64,000 nucleotides of DNA. Source: a virus. The position numbers were made by a program, and so were the translations under genes. Shown in pieces: positions 45,966 through 55,803 of the stretch; position 1 is the first letter of the stretch, and each line of letters begins with the position of its first letter. The notes beneath the pieces are model-generated. The model was not told where the DNA came from and ran no database searches. It saw only the letters and a program-made list of their open reading frames with translations. Location: IMG/VR virus record IMGVR_UViG_3300032296_003821, positions 1 to 64,000 of that record. One strand, 5' to 3'.

Positions 45966-47264
45966 ATGGCAACAAACAGAGACTTGCTCAAAGAAGCAAT
46001 TGCTGATGCTAAAGCTGTTAAAGAAACCGCTATCGCAAACGCAAAAGCAGCTCTAGAAGAAGCCTTCACACCTCAATTGAAAACAATGTTCGCTGCAAAA
46101 CTCCAAGAAATGGAAAAAGAAGAACTCGAAGAAGAAGGATTTGGTAAAGCCAATGCCGATTCAGACGAAGGATTCAGCCAAGGAATGGATGAAAAAGCAT
46201 TAGACGAATATGCAGAACTACAACCAGATAGAGATATAGATGGTGATGGTGATGTAGATGCTCAAGATGCAGCAATGATGGAAATTGATTTGGAAGAGCT
46301 TTTACGCGAGCTAGAAGAAGAGGAAACAGCGGAAGGCCTTTACGAAGCCGAAGAAGAGGAAGAAGAATCTGAAGAAGAGGAAGAAGAATCTGAAGAAGGT
46401 GAAGACGAAGGTGAACCACTTGACCTCGAAGACATGACCGATGAGGATCTTAAATCAATGATTGAAGATGTTATCAAAGACATGATCGAAGCAGGCGAAC
46501 TCGAAGCTGGCCACGAAGGTGGTGAAGAAGAGGAAGCTGAAGAAACAGGCATAGAAGACGAAGAAGAAGTCGACTTAGCAGAACTTTTAAGAGAAATTGA
46601 AGAAATGGAAGAAATGAAAGAACCAGTTGATGAACTTTTTGGTATTAAATCAAGAGCTGTCAGAGACTTTGAAAGAGCAAACCCAGGTTTACTCGACAAA
46701 GTTAAATCAGCTCAAGATGAAAAATCCAAAATTTCCATGATGAAAGATGCTATGGATAAATTTAGAGCAGATTACATCAGAGATACTAAAAGCCCAGGTG
46801 TAGCCAATGCCGCAGTAGCTAGAGTGTGGGAATATGTAGGAGTTGAACCTGCTACTATTCCATCATCATCAGGAGATACAGCAGCAGGAATGTTAGGCCA
46901 AAGAGAATCTATGGAACCTGAATTGGCTGAAGCATTGAAAACTATTGAAGCTCTTAAGTCTGAATTGAACGAAATCAATTTGTTAAATGCTAAATTGCTT
47001 TATACAAATAAAATCTTCAAAGCTAAAAACTTAAACGAAAACCAAAAAGTGAAAGTGTTGAGTTCTTTTGACAAAGCAACAACTGTAGGTGAAGTTAAGA
47101 TGGTATTTGAAACTTTAAATGAGGGAATCAAAGTTTCTAAAAATACAATCAAAGAAAACCTAGGTAGTGCTTCAAAAGCAATGGTAACACCTAACGCTAA
47201 AAAACCAATCGTAGAGTCAAACGATGCATTCTTACGTATGCAAAAATTGGCAGGATTACTTTAA
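45966..47264 (+). CDS. prohead scaffold protein (T4 gp22 role)
   Basis: Extremely acidic coiled coil between protease and capsid genes; LNE.NLLNAKLLY.NK; ends RMQKLAGLL. Confidence 0.85.
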   Translation: MATNRDLLKEAIADAKAVKETAIANAKAALEEAFTPQLKTMFAAKLQEMEKEELEEEGFGKANADSDEGFSQGMDEKALDEYAELQPDRDIDGDGDVDAQDAAMMEIDLEELLRELEEEETAEGLYEAEEEEEESEEEEEESEEGEDEGEPLDLEDMTDEDLKSMIEDVIKDMIEAGELEAGHEGGEEEEAEETGIEDEEEVDLAELLREIEEMEEMKEPVDELFGIKSRAVRDFERANPGLLDKVKSAQDEKSKISMMKDAMDKFRADYIRDTKSPGVANAAVARVWEYVGVEPATIPSSSGDTAAGMLGQRESMEPELAEALKTIEALKSELNEINLLNAKLLYTNKIFKAKNLNENQKVKVLSSFDKATTVGEVKMVFETLNEGIKVSKNTIKENLGSASKAMVTPNAKKPIVESNDAFLRMQKLAGLL

Positions 47265-47292
47265 TTAATTTAATAAAAAACAAAAACAGAAA

Positions 47293-48990
47293 ATGTCAAA
47301 CATTAATTCTCTTTTAGAAAGCGCAGCTGGCAGTTGGAAAAACATGCAAAGCGACGCAGCTCGTATGGCCGCAAAATGGGGCAAAACGGGTCTTTTGGAA
47401 GGATTGAGCACAGAAGTTGAGAAAAACAACATGGCTTTGATCCTCGAAAACCAAGCAAAACAACTTGTTGTTGAGCAATCTTCTACAAACGTAGGTGGTG
47501 CTACCTTTACAGTAGGTCAAGGTGAGCAGTGGGCTGGTGTAGCTCTTCCATTGGTACGTAAAGTATTCGGTTCTTTATCATCTAAAGAATTCGTTTCTGT
47601 ACAACCAATGAATTTGCCTTCTGGTCTAGTATTCTTCTTAGATTTCCAATATGGTGATGCTAACGGTAAAATTGCTCCTACTGGTCCATTTGGTCCTGGT
47701 GGTGATACTTACGGTGCTACTTCATCTATGTATGGTAACACAAACCCAGCTAATGGTGGTGACCCAACTAACGGTTTATATGGTGCAGGTCGTTTTGCAT
47801 ACTCAATCAACCAATTCTCAGCTTCAGCAGTTACTACATGTACTACAGCTTCTTGGTCTGATGTTGAATATAATTCTGACTTATCATCTTCTATCGCTGC
47901 TGGTTACTGGACTAAAGTTGCAGTTCCTGTAACTTCATTATCTGGTTCAGACCTTAAAGGTGTTCGTGCATTCGTAGTAGCTTCAGGTTCAGTAGTAACT
48001 CCAACTCAACAAGCTAAATACCTTCCACAGTATACTTACACTGATGGTACTAATGTATACTTTATTGCAACTGGTTCAGTTAACACTGCTAACCTTCCAT
48101 TGAATGGTGGTACTAACACAGTATTCTACAACCTTCAACCAGCTGACAACTACCGTGGTGATTTTGAAGATCAATCATCTGCAAATCGTGGTGGTTATCC
48201 AAATGCTAATTCTACATCTGCAGATCAATTAGCTATTCCACAAATCAACATCCAAATGAAATCTGAGGCTATTGTTGCTAAAACTCGCAAGTTGAAAGCA
48301 CAATGGACACCAGAATTCGCTCAAGATTTGAACGCATACCAATCTTTGGATGCTGAAGCTGAATTGACTTCAATCATGAGCGAGTACATTGCATTGGAAA
48401 TCGATCTTGAAGTATTGGATATGTTGATCCAAGACGCATCTGCAGCAGATGAGTACTGGTCAACTAAAAACAACAACTACTTGAATGCTGATAAAACAGC
48501 TTGGGAAAACAACGCTGGTTACTACAACACTCAAGGTCAGTGGTTCCAAACTTTAGGTACTAAAATGCAGAAAGTTTCTAACAAAATTCACCAAAAAACT
48601 CTACGTGGTGGTGCAAACTTCATCGTATGTGCTCCAAGTGTAGCAACTATCCTCGAGTCAATCCCAGGATTTGCTTCATCTTCTGATGGTGATGTAACTA
48701 AAGCTAGCTACGCATTCGGTATCCAGAAAGCTGGTCAAATGAACAACCGTTATACAGTTTACAAAAACCCTTACATGACTGAAAATGTAATGTTGATGGG
48801 TTATAGAGGATCACAATTCCTTGAAACTGGTGCGGTATTTGCTCCGTATGTTCCATTAATCATGACACCTCTTGTGTACGATCCAGATACATTTACTCCA
48901 CGTAAAGGACTCTTGACTCGTTACGCTAAGAAAATGATCCGTCCTGAATTCTTCGGTCGTATCTATGTTAACGATTTGAACGTACTTTAA
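47293..48990 (+). CDS. major capsid protein (T4 gp23-like)
   Basis: KW..TGLLEG, LENQ, VQPM..PSGL.F, AKTRKLKA.WT.E.AQDL, APYVPL, TRYA. Confidence 0.97.
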   Translation: MSNINSLLESAAGSWKNMQSDAARMAAKWGKTGLLEGLSTEVEKNNMALILENQAKQLVVEQSSTNVGGATFTVGQGEQWAGVALPLVRKVFGSLSSKEFVSVQPMNLPSGLVFFLDFQYGDANGKIAPTGPFGPGGDTYGATSSMYGNTNPANGGDPTNGLYGAGRFAYSINQFSASAVTTCTTASWSDVEYNSDLSSSIAAGYWTKVAVPVTSLSGSDLKGVRAFVVASGSVVTPTQQAKYLPQYTYTDGTNVYFIATGSVNTANLPLNGGTNTVFYNLQPADNYRGDFEDQSSANRGGYPNANSTSADQLAIPQINIQMKSEAIVAKTRKLKAQWTPEFAQDLNAYQSLDAEAELTSIMSEYIALEIDLEVLDMLIQDASAADEYWSTKNNNYLNADKTAWENNAGYYNTQGQWFQTLGTKMQKVSNKIHQKTLRGGANFIVCAPSVATILESIPGFASSSDGDVTKASYAFGIQKAGQMNNRYTVYKNPYMTENVMLMGYRGSQFLETGAVFAPYVPLIMTPLVYDPDTFTPRKGLLTRYAKKMIRPEFFGRIYVNDLNVL

Positions 48991-49016
48991 TCGGTAGTAA
49001 ATAATCGAATATGAAG

Positions 49017-49046
49017 AGCCTGGCGAAAGCCAGGCTTTTCTATTTT
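49017..49046 (+). terminator. intrinsic terminator after major capsid gene
   Basis: AGCCTGGC-GAAA-GCCAGGCT followed by TTTCTATTTT. Confidence 0.9.
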
Positions 49047-49076
49047 CTCCCAATATTTATTAGCAAATATAGTTAT

Positions 49077-49775
49077 ATGACAGATTTTAACAGAACTCCT
49101 GAAGCGCAGGAAGTATTTAAAGCAAAAAGAAAACCAAAAGGTCCTATCAAGTTCAACATTCAATTGAATGAAGAACAAAAAACCGCTAAATCTAAAATTT
49201 TAACCAATACAGTAACCATATTACGTGGTAAAGCAGGTTCTGGTAAATCTTTATTAGCAGCTAACGTAGCACTTGATTTGTTATTTAGTCGTGAAATTGA
49301 AAAGATTATCATTACACGACCAACTGTAGTAGCAGGACAAGATATTGGTTTCCTACCAGGAGATGTTAATGAAAAATTAGCCCCATTTACTGCTCCAGTG
49401 TATGAAAATATGCACCGTTTATACAACAAAGATAAAATCGAAAAATGTATAGCAGATGGTGAAATTGAAATTGTACCTGTATCATTTATGCGAGGTAGAA
49501 ACTTTACTGATTGTTTAGTTGTAGTAGATGAAGCACAAAATTTAACAGACAATCAAACAGAACTTTTATTAACTCGTATATGCTCAGGTAGTAAAATGAT
49601 CTTTTGTGGTGATGGTGCTCAAATTGACTTGAAAGATAAGAAAACATCTGGGTTCGATGTTGTATGTAAACATATGAAAGAAGTACCTGGATTTGAGGTA
49701 GTTACATTAGAGAGAAATCACAGACATCCAATAGTAGATGATATTTTAGAGGTATACAAATCTTTCAGAGGATAG
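49077..49775 (+). CDS. phoH: PhoH-family ATPase
   Basis: G.AGSGKS, ITRP.V, GFLPG, MRGR.F, DEAQN, LTRI, GD..Q.D, RH..V. Start moved to ATG 49077, after the terminator and ATATTTAT (49053-49060). Confidence 0.95.
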   Translation: MTDFNRTPEAQEVFKAKRKPKGPIKFNIQLNEEQKTAKSKILTNTVTILRGKAGSGKSLLAANVALDLLFSREIEKIIITRPTVVAGQDIGFLPGDVNEKLAPFTAPVYENMHRLYNKDKIEKCIADGEIEIVPVSFMRGRNFTDCLVVVDEAQNLTDNQTELLLTRICSGSKMIFCGDGAQIDLKDKKTSGFDVVCKHMKEVPGFEVVTLERNHRHPIVDDILEVYKSFRG

Positions 49776-49798
49776 CCATATTTATAAATAAAAGATAA

Positions 49799-50287
49799 AT
49801 GGCTAATCTATATGTAACCATTACGGAAGAAATCACTCTCCCTAATACCACTACAGAAAAAACAACCACATTTAAAACTATATCGAACATTAATCAAATT
49901 GTTCGACGTGTAGATACCATTGCCACTACATTTAGTGGTTCAGGTATTGAAATTTTACGTTTTTGTGATAGTGAAGAAGAGCAAACAGGTGGTGCTTTTG
50001 TAAAATCAGATACACAGTATGTTAGAATTACCAATTTATCTACACAATATAATACTTTAATATATTTAATAGCTAATGATAACACTGAAAGTGCTATTTT
50101 TAGTTTAGATCCTGGAAAAACATTAATGTTAGGAGATGCTGATATTAATACTCCTTCAATTGGTGATTATGTAGTGGATGGATATGTAGATGAAACTTAT
50201 TATAGCCCATTAACCTATATCAGTTCAGTAAAAGCAAAAGCAATTTCAGGAAGTACACAATTAGAGTATTTTGTAGCATCAACTTAA
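49799..50287 (+). CDS. virion structural (head decoration-like) protein
   Basis: L.VTI.E.I.L..., Y.RITNL, LEYFVAS; ATATTTAT at 49778-49785. Confidence 0.6.
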   Translation: MANLYVTITEEITLPNTTTEKTTTFKTISNINQIVRRVDTIATTFSGSGIEILRFCDSEEEQTGGAFVKSDTQYVRITNLSTQYNTLIYLIANDNTESAIFSLDPGKTLMLGDADINTPSIGDYVVDGYVDETYYSPLTYISSVKAKAISGSTQLEYFVAST

Positions 50288-50306
50288 TATTTATAAATAA
50301 AAGAAA

Positions 50307-50585
50307 ATGGCAAATTTAACATTAAGAGCAGTAAAAGGTTCTCCACTTACCAATGCCGAATTGGATGGTAACTTTGAATATTTTACTGGGTCACACGCGA
50401 TAACAGGTTCATTAACAATAACTAATAATTTAACGGTAACAGGATCTACCTCACTTTCAGGTTCCCTCGCATTACCTCAATTATTAACTTTTGAATGTGT
50501 TGATAATGCAACAGCAGCAGCTGCAGGTGTTCCTGTAGGTGGGTTATATAGAAATGGTAATATTATTCAAATAAGAACAGCTTAA
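50307..50585 (+). CDS. short fibre/adaptor protein
   Basis: LR..KGSPLT..ELD.NF fibre N-terminal motif; AAAAGV.VGGLY C-terminus; ATATTTAT at 50287-50294. Confidence 0.7.
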   Translation: MANLTLRAVKGSPLTNAELDGNFEYFTGSHAITGSLTITNNLTVTGSTSLSGSLALPQLLTFECVDNATAAAAGVPVGGLYRNGNIIQIRTA

Positions 50586-50604
50586 CCCTTTAAAACTTTA
50601 TAAA

Positions 50605-52575
50605 ATGCCATTCTTTTCAGGATCATTAAATCTCTCAGGATCAATTATAGCAACAGGTGTTATAACCAGTAATGGTTCACCTGTAGTTACTACTAGTAAT
50701 ACTAGCTCATTTGTAATTAATACCGGATCATTTGCAACCACCGGATCAAATACCTTTATAGGTAACCAAACTATAACAGGAAGTGTAACAAGCACTAGTG
50801 GATTTGTAGGATCTCTTACAGGAACTGCAACTACAGCTTCCTATATCAACCCAACCTTTATTTCAGCATCTGCTGCTGCTTCTGGATTTGGTTCTAGTGG
50901 TGGGAGCGTAACTACAGGTTCAAATAATTTTGTAGGTACTCAAAGAATAACAGGTAGTGTTATAGTTACAGGGTCTCTTATCGTTTCTGGTTCAAATACA
51001 TTTATTAATATAGGACCTGCTGAATTTACAGGAAGTGTTTCAAGTACAGGTGGATTTACAGGTTCACTACAGGGAACAGCAGCTACTGCTTCATATGTAG
51101 AAGTCGCTCAAACAGCATCTTATTTTAATGGAAATTCTATTAGTTCTTCATATGCATTAACCGCTCAAACCTTATTAGGAAGTGTTGTAAGTGCTTCTTA
51201 TGCAGAATCATCTTCATATGTACCTTATGTTGATTACTCAGGCCAAACAGATACTATCTTTATGAGCACCTCAGGACTCGCTTCAGATAATTATCCTGTA
51301 GTATTTTCAGCTAACGTAGGAAATAATTATACTAGTGTATATGGAGATGTTAATAATTTAAATTACAACCCTGTTTCTAACAATTTAAGTATATCTGGTA
51401 GTCTTACCATTACAGGATCGTTATCCCAAGGCTCTAGAAACTCAACCTCAGGAATTTTTTCTCATGCTCAAGGATCTAGTTCTTTATCTTCTGGAGTAAG
51501 TTCTCATGCTGAAGGTTTTAGAACCACAGCTTCAGGTAACTATTCACATGCTGAAGGTCAACAAACAATTGCTCTTGGTTCAGTTTCCCATGCTGAAGGA
51601 CAAATTACTTTATCAAGTGGTCAATATTCTCACGCTGAAGGATATAATACTACTTCATCAGGTTTTTACTCCCATGCCGAAGGGGAAAATACCCAAGCAA
51701 CAGGTCAAGGTTCTCATGCTGAAGGATCTTATACTATTTCTTCAGGTGGTAATTCTCATGCCGAAGGAGGATTTACTGTTGCTTCAGGTACTAATTCTCA
51801 TGCTGAAGGAGCTTACACTACTGCATCAGGTATTTTTTCTCATGCTGAAGGAAGTTTCACTAAAGCATTAGGTTTTTATTCACATGCTGAAGGTGGTGAT
51901 GGAATATCAAATGGTGGTATTGCTTTTGGTAATGGATCACATGCTGAAGGAAGACTTACAATAGCATCCGGTTCAAACTCACATGCCGAAGGTAGTTATT
52001 CAATATCTATAGGTTATGGATCTCATGCTGAAGGAGACACTACCATAGCATCAGGTTCCCACGCTCATACCGAAGGATTTAGCACTTCAGCTTCAGGTAA
52101 TTTTTCCCATGCTGAAGGGGTTGGAACATTTTCCCTAGGAATGGGTTCCCATGCAGAAGGAAATTATACAACTTCATCAGGTTATGTATCTCATGCTGAA
52201 GGAGAATATACTAAAGCATTAGGACAAGGTTCCCATGCTGAAGGAAATTATACCATTGCATTAGGAGATTGGTCTCATGCTGAAGGAAACCAAACAATAG
52301 CTTCAGGATCTTATCAACTTGTAGTAGGACAATATAATAAACGTGGAGATTCAACTTCATTAATGATTGTAGGAAATGGTAATGGTGATAATGATGTTAG
52401 CCGTAGAGACGCCTTTAAAGTAAGAATGTCTGGTTCAATCGTTCTACCAACTACACAGTCAGCTGCTCCATCTTGGACAGGTACCGATGGTGAAATGGTA
52501 TTTGCAACCGTAACAGGAAACTATTTATTCTATGTTTGGATGGGTGGTGCTTGGAGATCAGGCTCATTATCATAA
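50605..52575 (+). CDS. fibre/adhesin with about 20 SHAEG 14-aa repeats (YadA-head-like beta-roll)
   Basis: S-H-A-E-G-x9 repeats at about 51460-52300; TASYA repeats; VGNG...R..AF cap. Confidence 0.85.
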   Translation: MPFFSGSLNLSGSIIATGVITSNGSPVVTTSNTSSFVINTGSFATTGSNTFIGNQTITGSVTSTSGFVGSLTGTATTASYINPTFISASAAASGFGSSGGSVTTGSNNFVGTQRITGSVIVTGSLIVSGSNTFINIGPAEFTGSVSSTGGFTGSLQGTAATASYVEVAQTASYFNGNSISSSYALTAQTLLGSVVSASYAESSSYVPYVDYSGQTDTIFMSTSGLASDNYPVVFSANVGNNYTSVYGDVNNLNYNPVSNNLSISGSLTITGSLSQGSRNSTSGIFSHAQGSSSLSSGVSSHAEGFRTTASGNYSHAEGQQTIALGSVSHAEGQITLSSGQYSHAEGYNTTSSGFYSHAEGENTQATGQGSHAEGSYTISSGGNSHAEGGFTVASGTNSHAEGAYTTASGIFSHAEGSFTKALGFYSHAEGGDGISNGGIAFGNGSHAEGRLTIASGSNSHAEGSYSISIGYGSHAEGDTTIASGSHAHTEGFSTSASGNFSHAEGVGTFSLGMGSHAEGNYTTSSGYVSHAEGEYTKALGQGSHAEGNYTIALGDWSHAEGNQTIASGSYQLVVGQYNKRGDSTSLMIVGNGNGDNDVSRRDAFKVRMSGSIVLPTTQSAAPSWTGTDGEMVFATVTGNYLFYVWMGGAWRSGSLS

Positions 52576-52599
52576 CAAAAAACACAACATAATTAAAAT

Positions 52600-52624
52600 G
52601 GGCCTCTAAATGAGGCCCTTTTTT
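52600..52624 (+). terminator. intrinsic terminator
   Basis: GGGCCTC/GAGGCCC stem followed by T6. Confidence 0.85.
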
Positions 52625-52650
52625 ATTCATATTTATAACAAAATAGAAAC

Positions 52651-53799
52651 ATGAACATTCCAATTTGGCCAGGCTCAAGTTCATTTCAACCCGGAGATAC
52701 TCCATTTGGGTTCTACGACTATGATCCACAATTCCAATCCGATGCTGATAAATTTGCAAAATTTGCTGCACAACGTTTGGGATATCCTTTAGTTGAAGTT
52801 GAATTACAAGATATAAACTTTTATACCGCACTTGAAGATGCTGTAACAACTTATGGAAATGAATTGTATGCTTACCAAGTAGCAGAAAACTTATTATCTT
52901 TTCAAGGTGCTCCTACAACTATTGGTGCTGCTAATAATGAGGTTATTCAAGAAAATATGGCCTCCATTGTTCGCTTGTCTCAACAATATGGTGAAGAAGC
53001 AGGTGTTGGAGGTACAATAACATACCGATCTGGTTCAATTAAACTCCAATCAGGGGTTCAAGAATATGATATGAATAAATGGGCCCTTGATAATGGAATC
53101 CAAGGTCGTATTGAAATTAAACGTATCTATTATGAAGCACCACCTGCAATCATGCGATATTTTGATCCATATGCTGGTACAGGTACAGGTATGATGCAAA
53201 TGCTTGATAGTTTTGGTTGGGGTTCATATTCACCAGCTATTAACTTTATGTTGATGCCAATCAACTATGACTTACAGAAAATTCAAGCAATTGAATTTAA
53301 CGATCAAATTCGTAAATCACAATATACATTTGAATTGGTAAACAATCAATTAAAAATATTCCCTATTCCGATTGTACACTACCAAGATTTATGGTTCCAA
53401 TATATTTTAGAATCAGACAGAAACCAACCATATGCTGAACGAAATGGTCAAAGTTTAATTACTAATGCTTCTAATGTACCTTATGAAAACCCAGTTTATT
53501 CACAAATAAATTCAATTGGACGTTCATGGATATTTGAATATGCTTTAGCTTTAGCAAAAGAAATGCTAGGATATGTTCGTGGAAAATACCAAACAGTCCC
53601 AATCCCAGGATCTGAAATTACATTAAACCAAAGTGATTTGATTACTGCTGCAACAAGTGAAAGAACAGCATTAATTGAACGTTTAAGAGCATATTTTGAC
53701 ACTACTTCTCGTAAATCTTTATTAGCAAATAAAGAAGCAGAAGCCGCTAGTCAAAAGAATATATTAGCAGATGTTCCAATGACAATTTTTATAGGATAA
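52651..53799 (+). CDS. neck protein (T4 gp13-like)
   Basis: RLGYP.V.VEL; W..EYALALAKE.LG..R.KY; ATATTTAT at 52629-52636. Confidence 0.85.
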   Translation: MNIPIWPGSSSFQPGDTPFGFYDYDPQFQSDADKFAKFAAQRLGYPLVEVELQDINFYTALEDAVTTYGNELYAYQVAENLLSFQGAPTTIGAANNEVIQENMASIVRLSQQYGEEAGVGGTITYRSGSIKLQSGVQEYDMNKWALDNGIQGRIEIKRIYYEAPPAIMRYFDPYAGTGTGMMQMLDSFGWGSYSPAINFMLMPINYDLQKIQAIEFNDQIRKSQYTFELVNNQLKIFPIPIVHYQDLWFQYILESDRNQPYAERNGQSLITNASNVPYENPVYSQINSIGRSWIFEYALALAKEMLGYVRGKYQTVPIPGSEITLNQSDLITAATSERTALIERLRAYFDTTSRKSLLANKEAEAASQKNILADVPMTIFIG

Positions 53800-53800
53800 T

Positions 53801-54373
53801 ATGGCATTATTTGGCACTCAACGTGATGTTTCCTTATTCAGACACCTCAGCCGTGAGTTGATGTGGGATATTATTTCCCAACAATGTGCTTATTATCAAT
53901 TAATTGCTGACCAAACTAAAGTAAATATTTACGGTGAAGCAGCAGGTGCTAAATATTATAATGGTCCCGTTTTACTTAATGTTTTAATTGAAAGAGGAGA
54001 CAATGCTTCTCCAGTAGATGATTTTGGTGTAAGCTTTGATCGTCCTATGACATTTAGATTTTTACGTGATGATTTACGTGGTAAAAATCCTGTTAACTCT
54101 GGTGGCGGTCCTGATATAGGTAATTATGATAATACATCTTATGGAGCAGATATATTGCCTGAAGTAGGAGATATAATTATGTGGAATGAATCATACTGGG
54201 AAGTTGATAATGTAAATGATAATCAATTATTTGTTGGAAAAGACCCAGCATACCCATATGCAGAAAATCCTATTAATCCTGGATTAGAAAACTACGGTTC
54301 AAACTATTCAATTATTTGTACAGCACATTACGTACCTGCAGATAAAGTTCAGATTACAAGAGAAAGATTATAA
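53801..54373 (+). CDS. neck/head-closure protein (T4 gp14-like)
   Basis: NIYGEA, PEVGDII.W...YWEV; follows the gp13-like gene. Confidence 0.75.
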   Translation: MALFGTQRDVSLFRHLSRELMWDIISQQCAYYQLIADQTKVNIYGEAAGAKYYNGPVLLNVLIERGDNASPVDDFGVSFDRPMTFRFLRDDLRGKNPVNSGGGPDIGNYDNTSYGADILPEVGDIIMWNESYWEVDNVNDNQLFVGKDPAYPYAENPINPGLENYGSNYSIICTAHYVPADKVQITRERL

Positions 54374-54376
54374 AAT

Positions 54377-55642
54377 ATGCCATCAGTAAGAAAACCTAAT
54401 CCAAAATCTCAACAAGAGATATCAAATAATCAGGTAGATCCATATGTGTTTCCTGAAACGGGGGAATCTTATGGTAATCCTAATATTCCTTCTGATTTTA
54501 GGCAATTTACTCCTGATCAACAAAGTGGAGTAGATTTTAATCGTTCCTATGAAATGTCATTTAAGGGAGATACTGTTAAACCTTTTACAGTAGGTCTTCA
54601 AGATATTGACGAATCTATAATGTACTATTTTCAAAACGTTATACGTCCATTTGTTTACCAGAATGGTGTACGAATTGAAGTACCTGTAATATATGGTTCT
54701 CCTGAAAAATGGAAATCTGTACAAAAAGATGGATTTTATAAAGACAAAAATGGTGCTATAATGGCTCCACTAATTATGTTTAAAAGAGATACTGTTGATA
54801 AAAATCGTTCTCTTACAAATAAATTAGATGCTAATCACCCACATCTTTATACTTCTTGGGCTAAATCATATAACCCAAAAAATTCATATTCAAATTTTAA
54901 CGTATTAACAAACCGTATACCTGTTAAACAATTTATTACTAATGTAGTGCCTGATTACGTTAATTTAACGTATACATGTGCTATTCAAACGTACTATGTT
55001 GAGCAGATGAATAAAATAATTGAAGCAATCAATTACGCATCTGATTCATATTGGGGTGATCCTGAGCGCTTTAAATTTAAGGCCTCTATTGATTCATATA
55101 GTACCGCGATTGAAATGTCTGATAATTCAAATCGCATTATAAAAGGCACTTTTACCATTAAATTGTTTGGTTATATCGTGCCTGATACAGTACAAAAAGA
55201 TGTAACAGCAATTAAAAAATATAATAGTAAAGCCCAAGTAATTATTGGAATGGAAACGGTTGATAGTTTAGCAGAAGTTAAACCACCAATTAAAAAACTT
55301 TCTCCTATATTTATAGACGATCAACAACTTGTAGTAAATTATATAGACCCTACCGTGCTTAATTACATAAATACCAACATACAAAAATTAGGAACATATG
55401 TAGACCCAATTACAGTAACATTTGCTAGTGGTTGGTTAACAGCCCCCTCAGGCCTTCCAGCAACATCATTAAATAATTTTTCTATATTTTGTAATGGTGC
55501 ATTGATAGAAAATGCAGCAATAGTTTCCTTTACCGTAAATGGTGCAAATAACTTAACAACTTTAGTAATTAATCCGAATGAACTAGGATATAGTTTTGAT
55601 TCTCAAGACGAAGTTGTAGCAATTGGTAAATTTAATAGTTAA
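54377..55642 (+). CDS. tail terminator/sheath stabiliser (T4 gp15-like) with C-terminal extension
   Basis: VPVIYGSPEKW, P.I...R, P..V.LTY, QMN.I.E. Confidence 0.75.
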   Translation: MPSVRKPNPKSQQEISNNQVDPYVFPETGESYGNPNIPSDFRQFTPDQQSGVDFNRSYEMSFKGDTVKPFTVGLQDIDESIMYYFQNVIRPFVYQNGVRIEVPVIYGSPEKWKSVQKDGFYKDKNGAIMAPLIMFKRDTVDKNRSLTNKLDANHPHLYTSWAKSYNPKNSYSNFNVLTNRIPVKQFITNVVPDYVNLTYTCAIQTYYVEQMNKIIEAINYASDSYWGDPERFKFKASIDSYSTAIEMSDNSNRIIKGTFTIKLFGYIVPDTVQKDVTAIKKYNSKAQVIIGMETVDSLAEVKPPIKKLSPIFIDDQQLVVNYIDPTVLNYINTNIQKLGTYVDPITVTFASGWLTAPSGLPATSLNNFSIFCNGALIENAAIVSFTVNGANNLTTLVINPNELGYSFDSQDEVVAIGKFNS

Positions 55643-55658
55643 CGTAAAATAGTTTAAA

Positions 55659-55802
55659 ATGGCAAAAGCAAAAGCACAAGCATCAGTTTCATTTATTAAA
55701 AAATCAAGAAAAAGAAGACCAGGCGTTCATGCAAAGTCTAAAACAAGTAAAAGTAAAAATAGTAAAAATTACGTTAAAAAATACGTAGCCCAAGGAAAAT
55801 AA
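55659..55802 (+). CDS. 47-aa highly basic protein (not in ORF track)
   Basis: MAKAKAQASVSFIKKSRKRRPGVHAKSKTSKSKNSKNYVKKYVAQGK; stop lies 1 nt before the next ATG. Confidence 0.75.
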   Translation: MAKAKAQASVSFIKKSRKRRPGVHAKSKTSKSKNSKNYVKKYVAQGK

Positions 55803-55803
55803 G

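Noticed and set aside
49011-49076. N-terminal extension of PhoH (also track starts 5265, 23106, 32070, 33358, 60122)
   Set aside because: The extensions run through terminators, promoters or upstream genes. Downstream ATGs have the typical A-rich context.
40515-51871. Alternate-frame + ORFs 40515-40700, 47651-47932 and 51506-51871
   Set aside because: They are nested in the portal, capsid and fibre genes and are out-of-frame by-products of codon bias.
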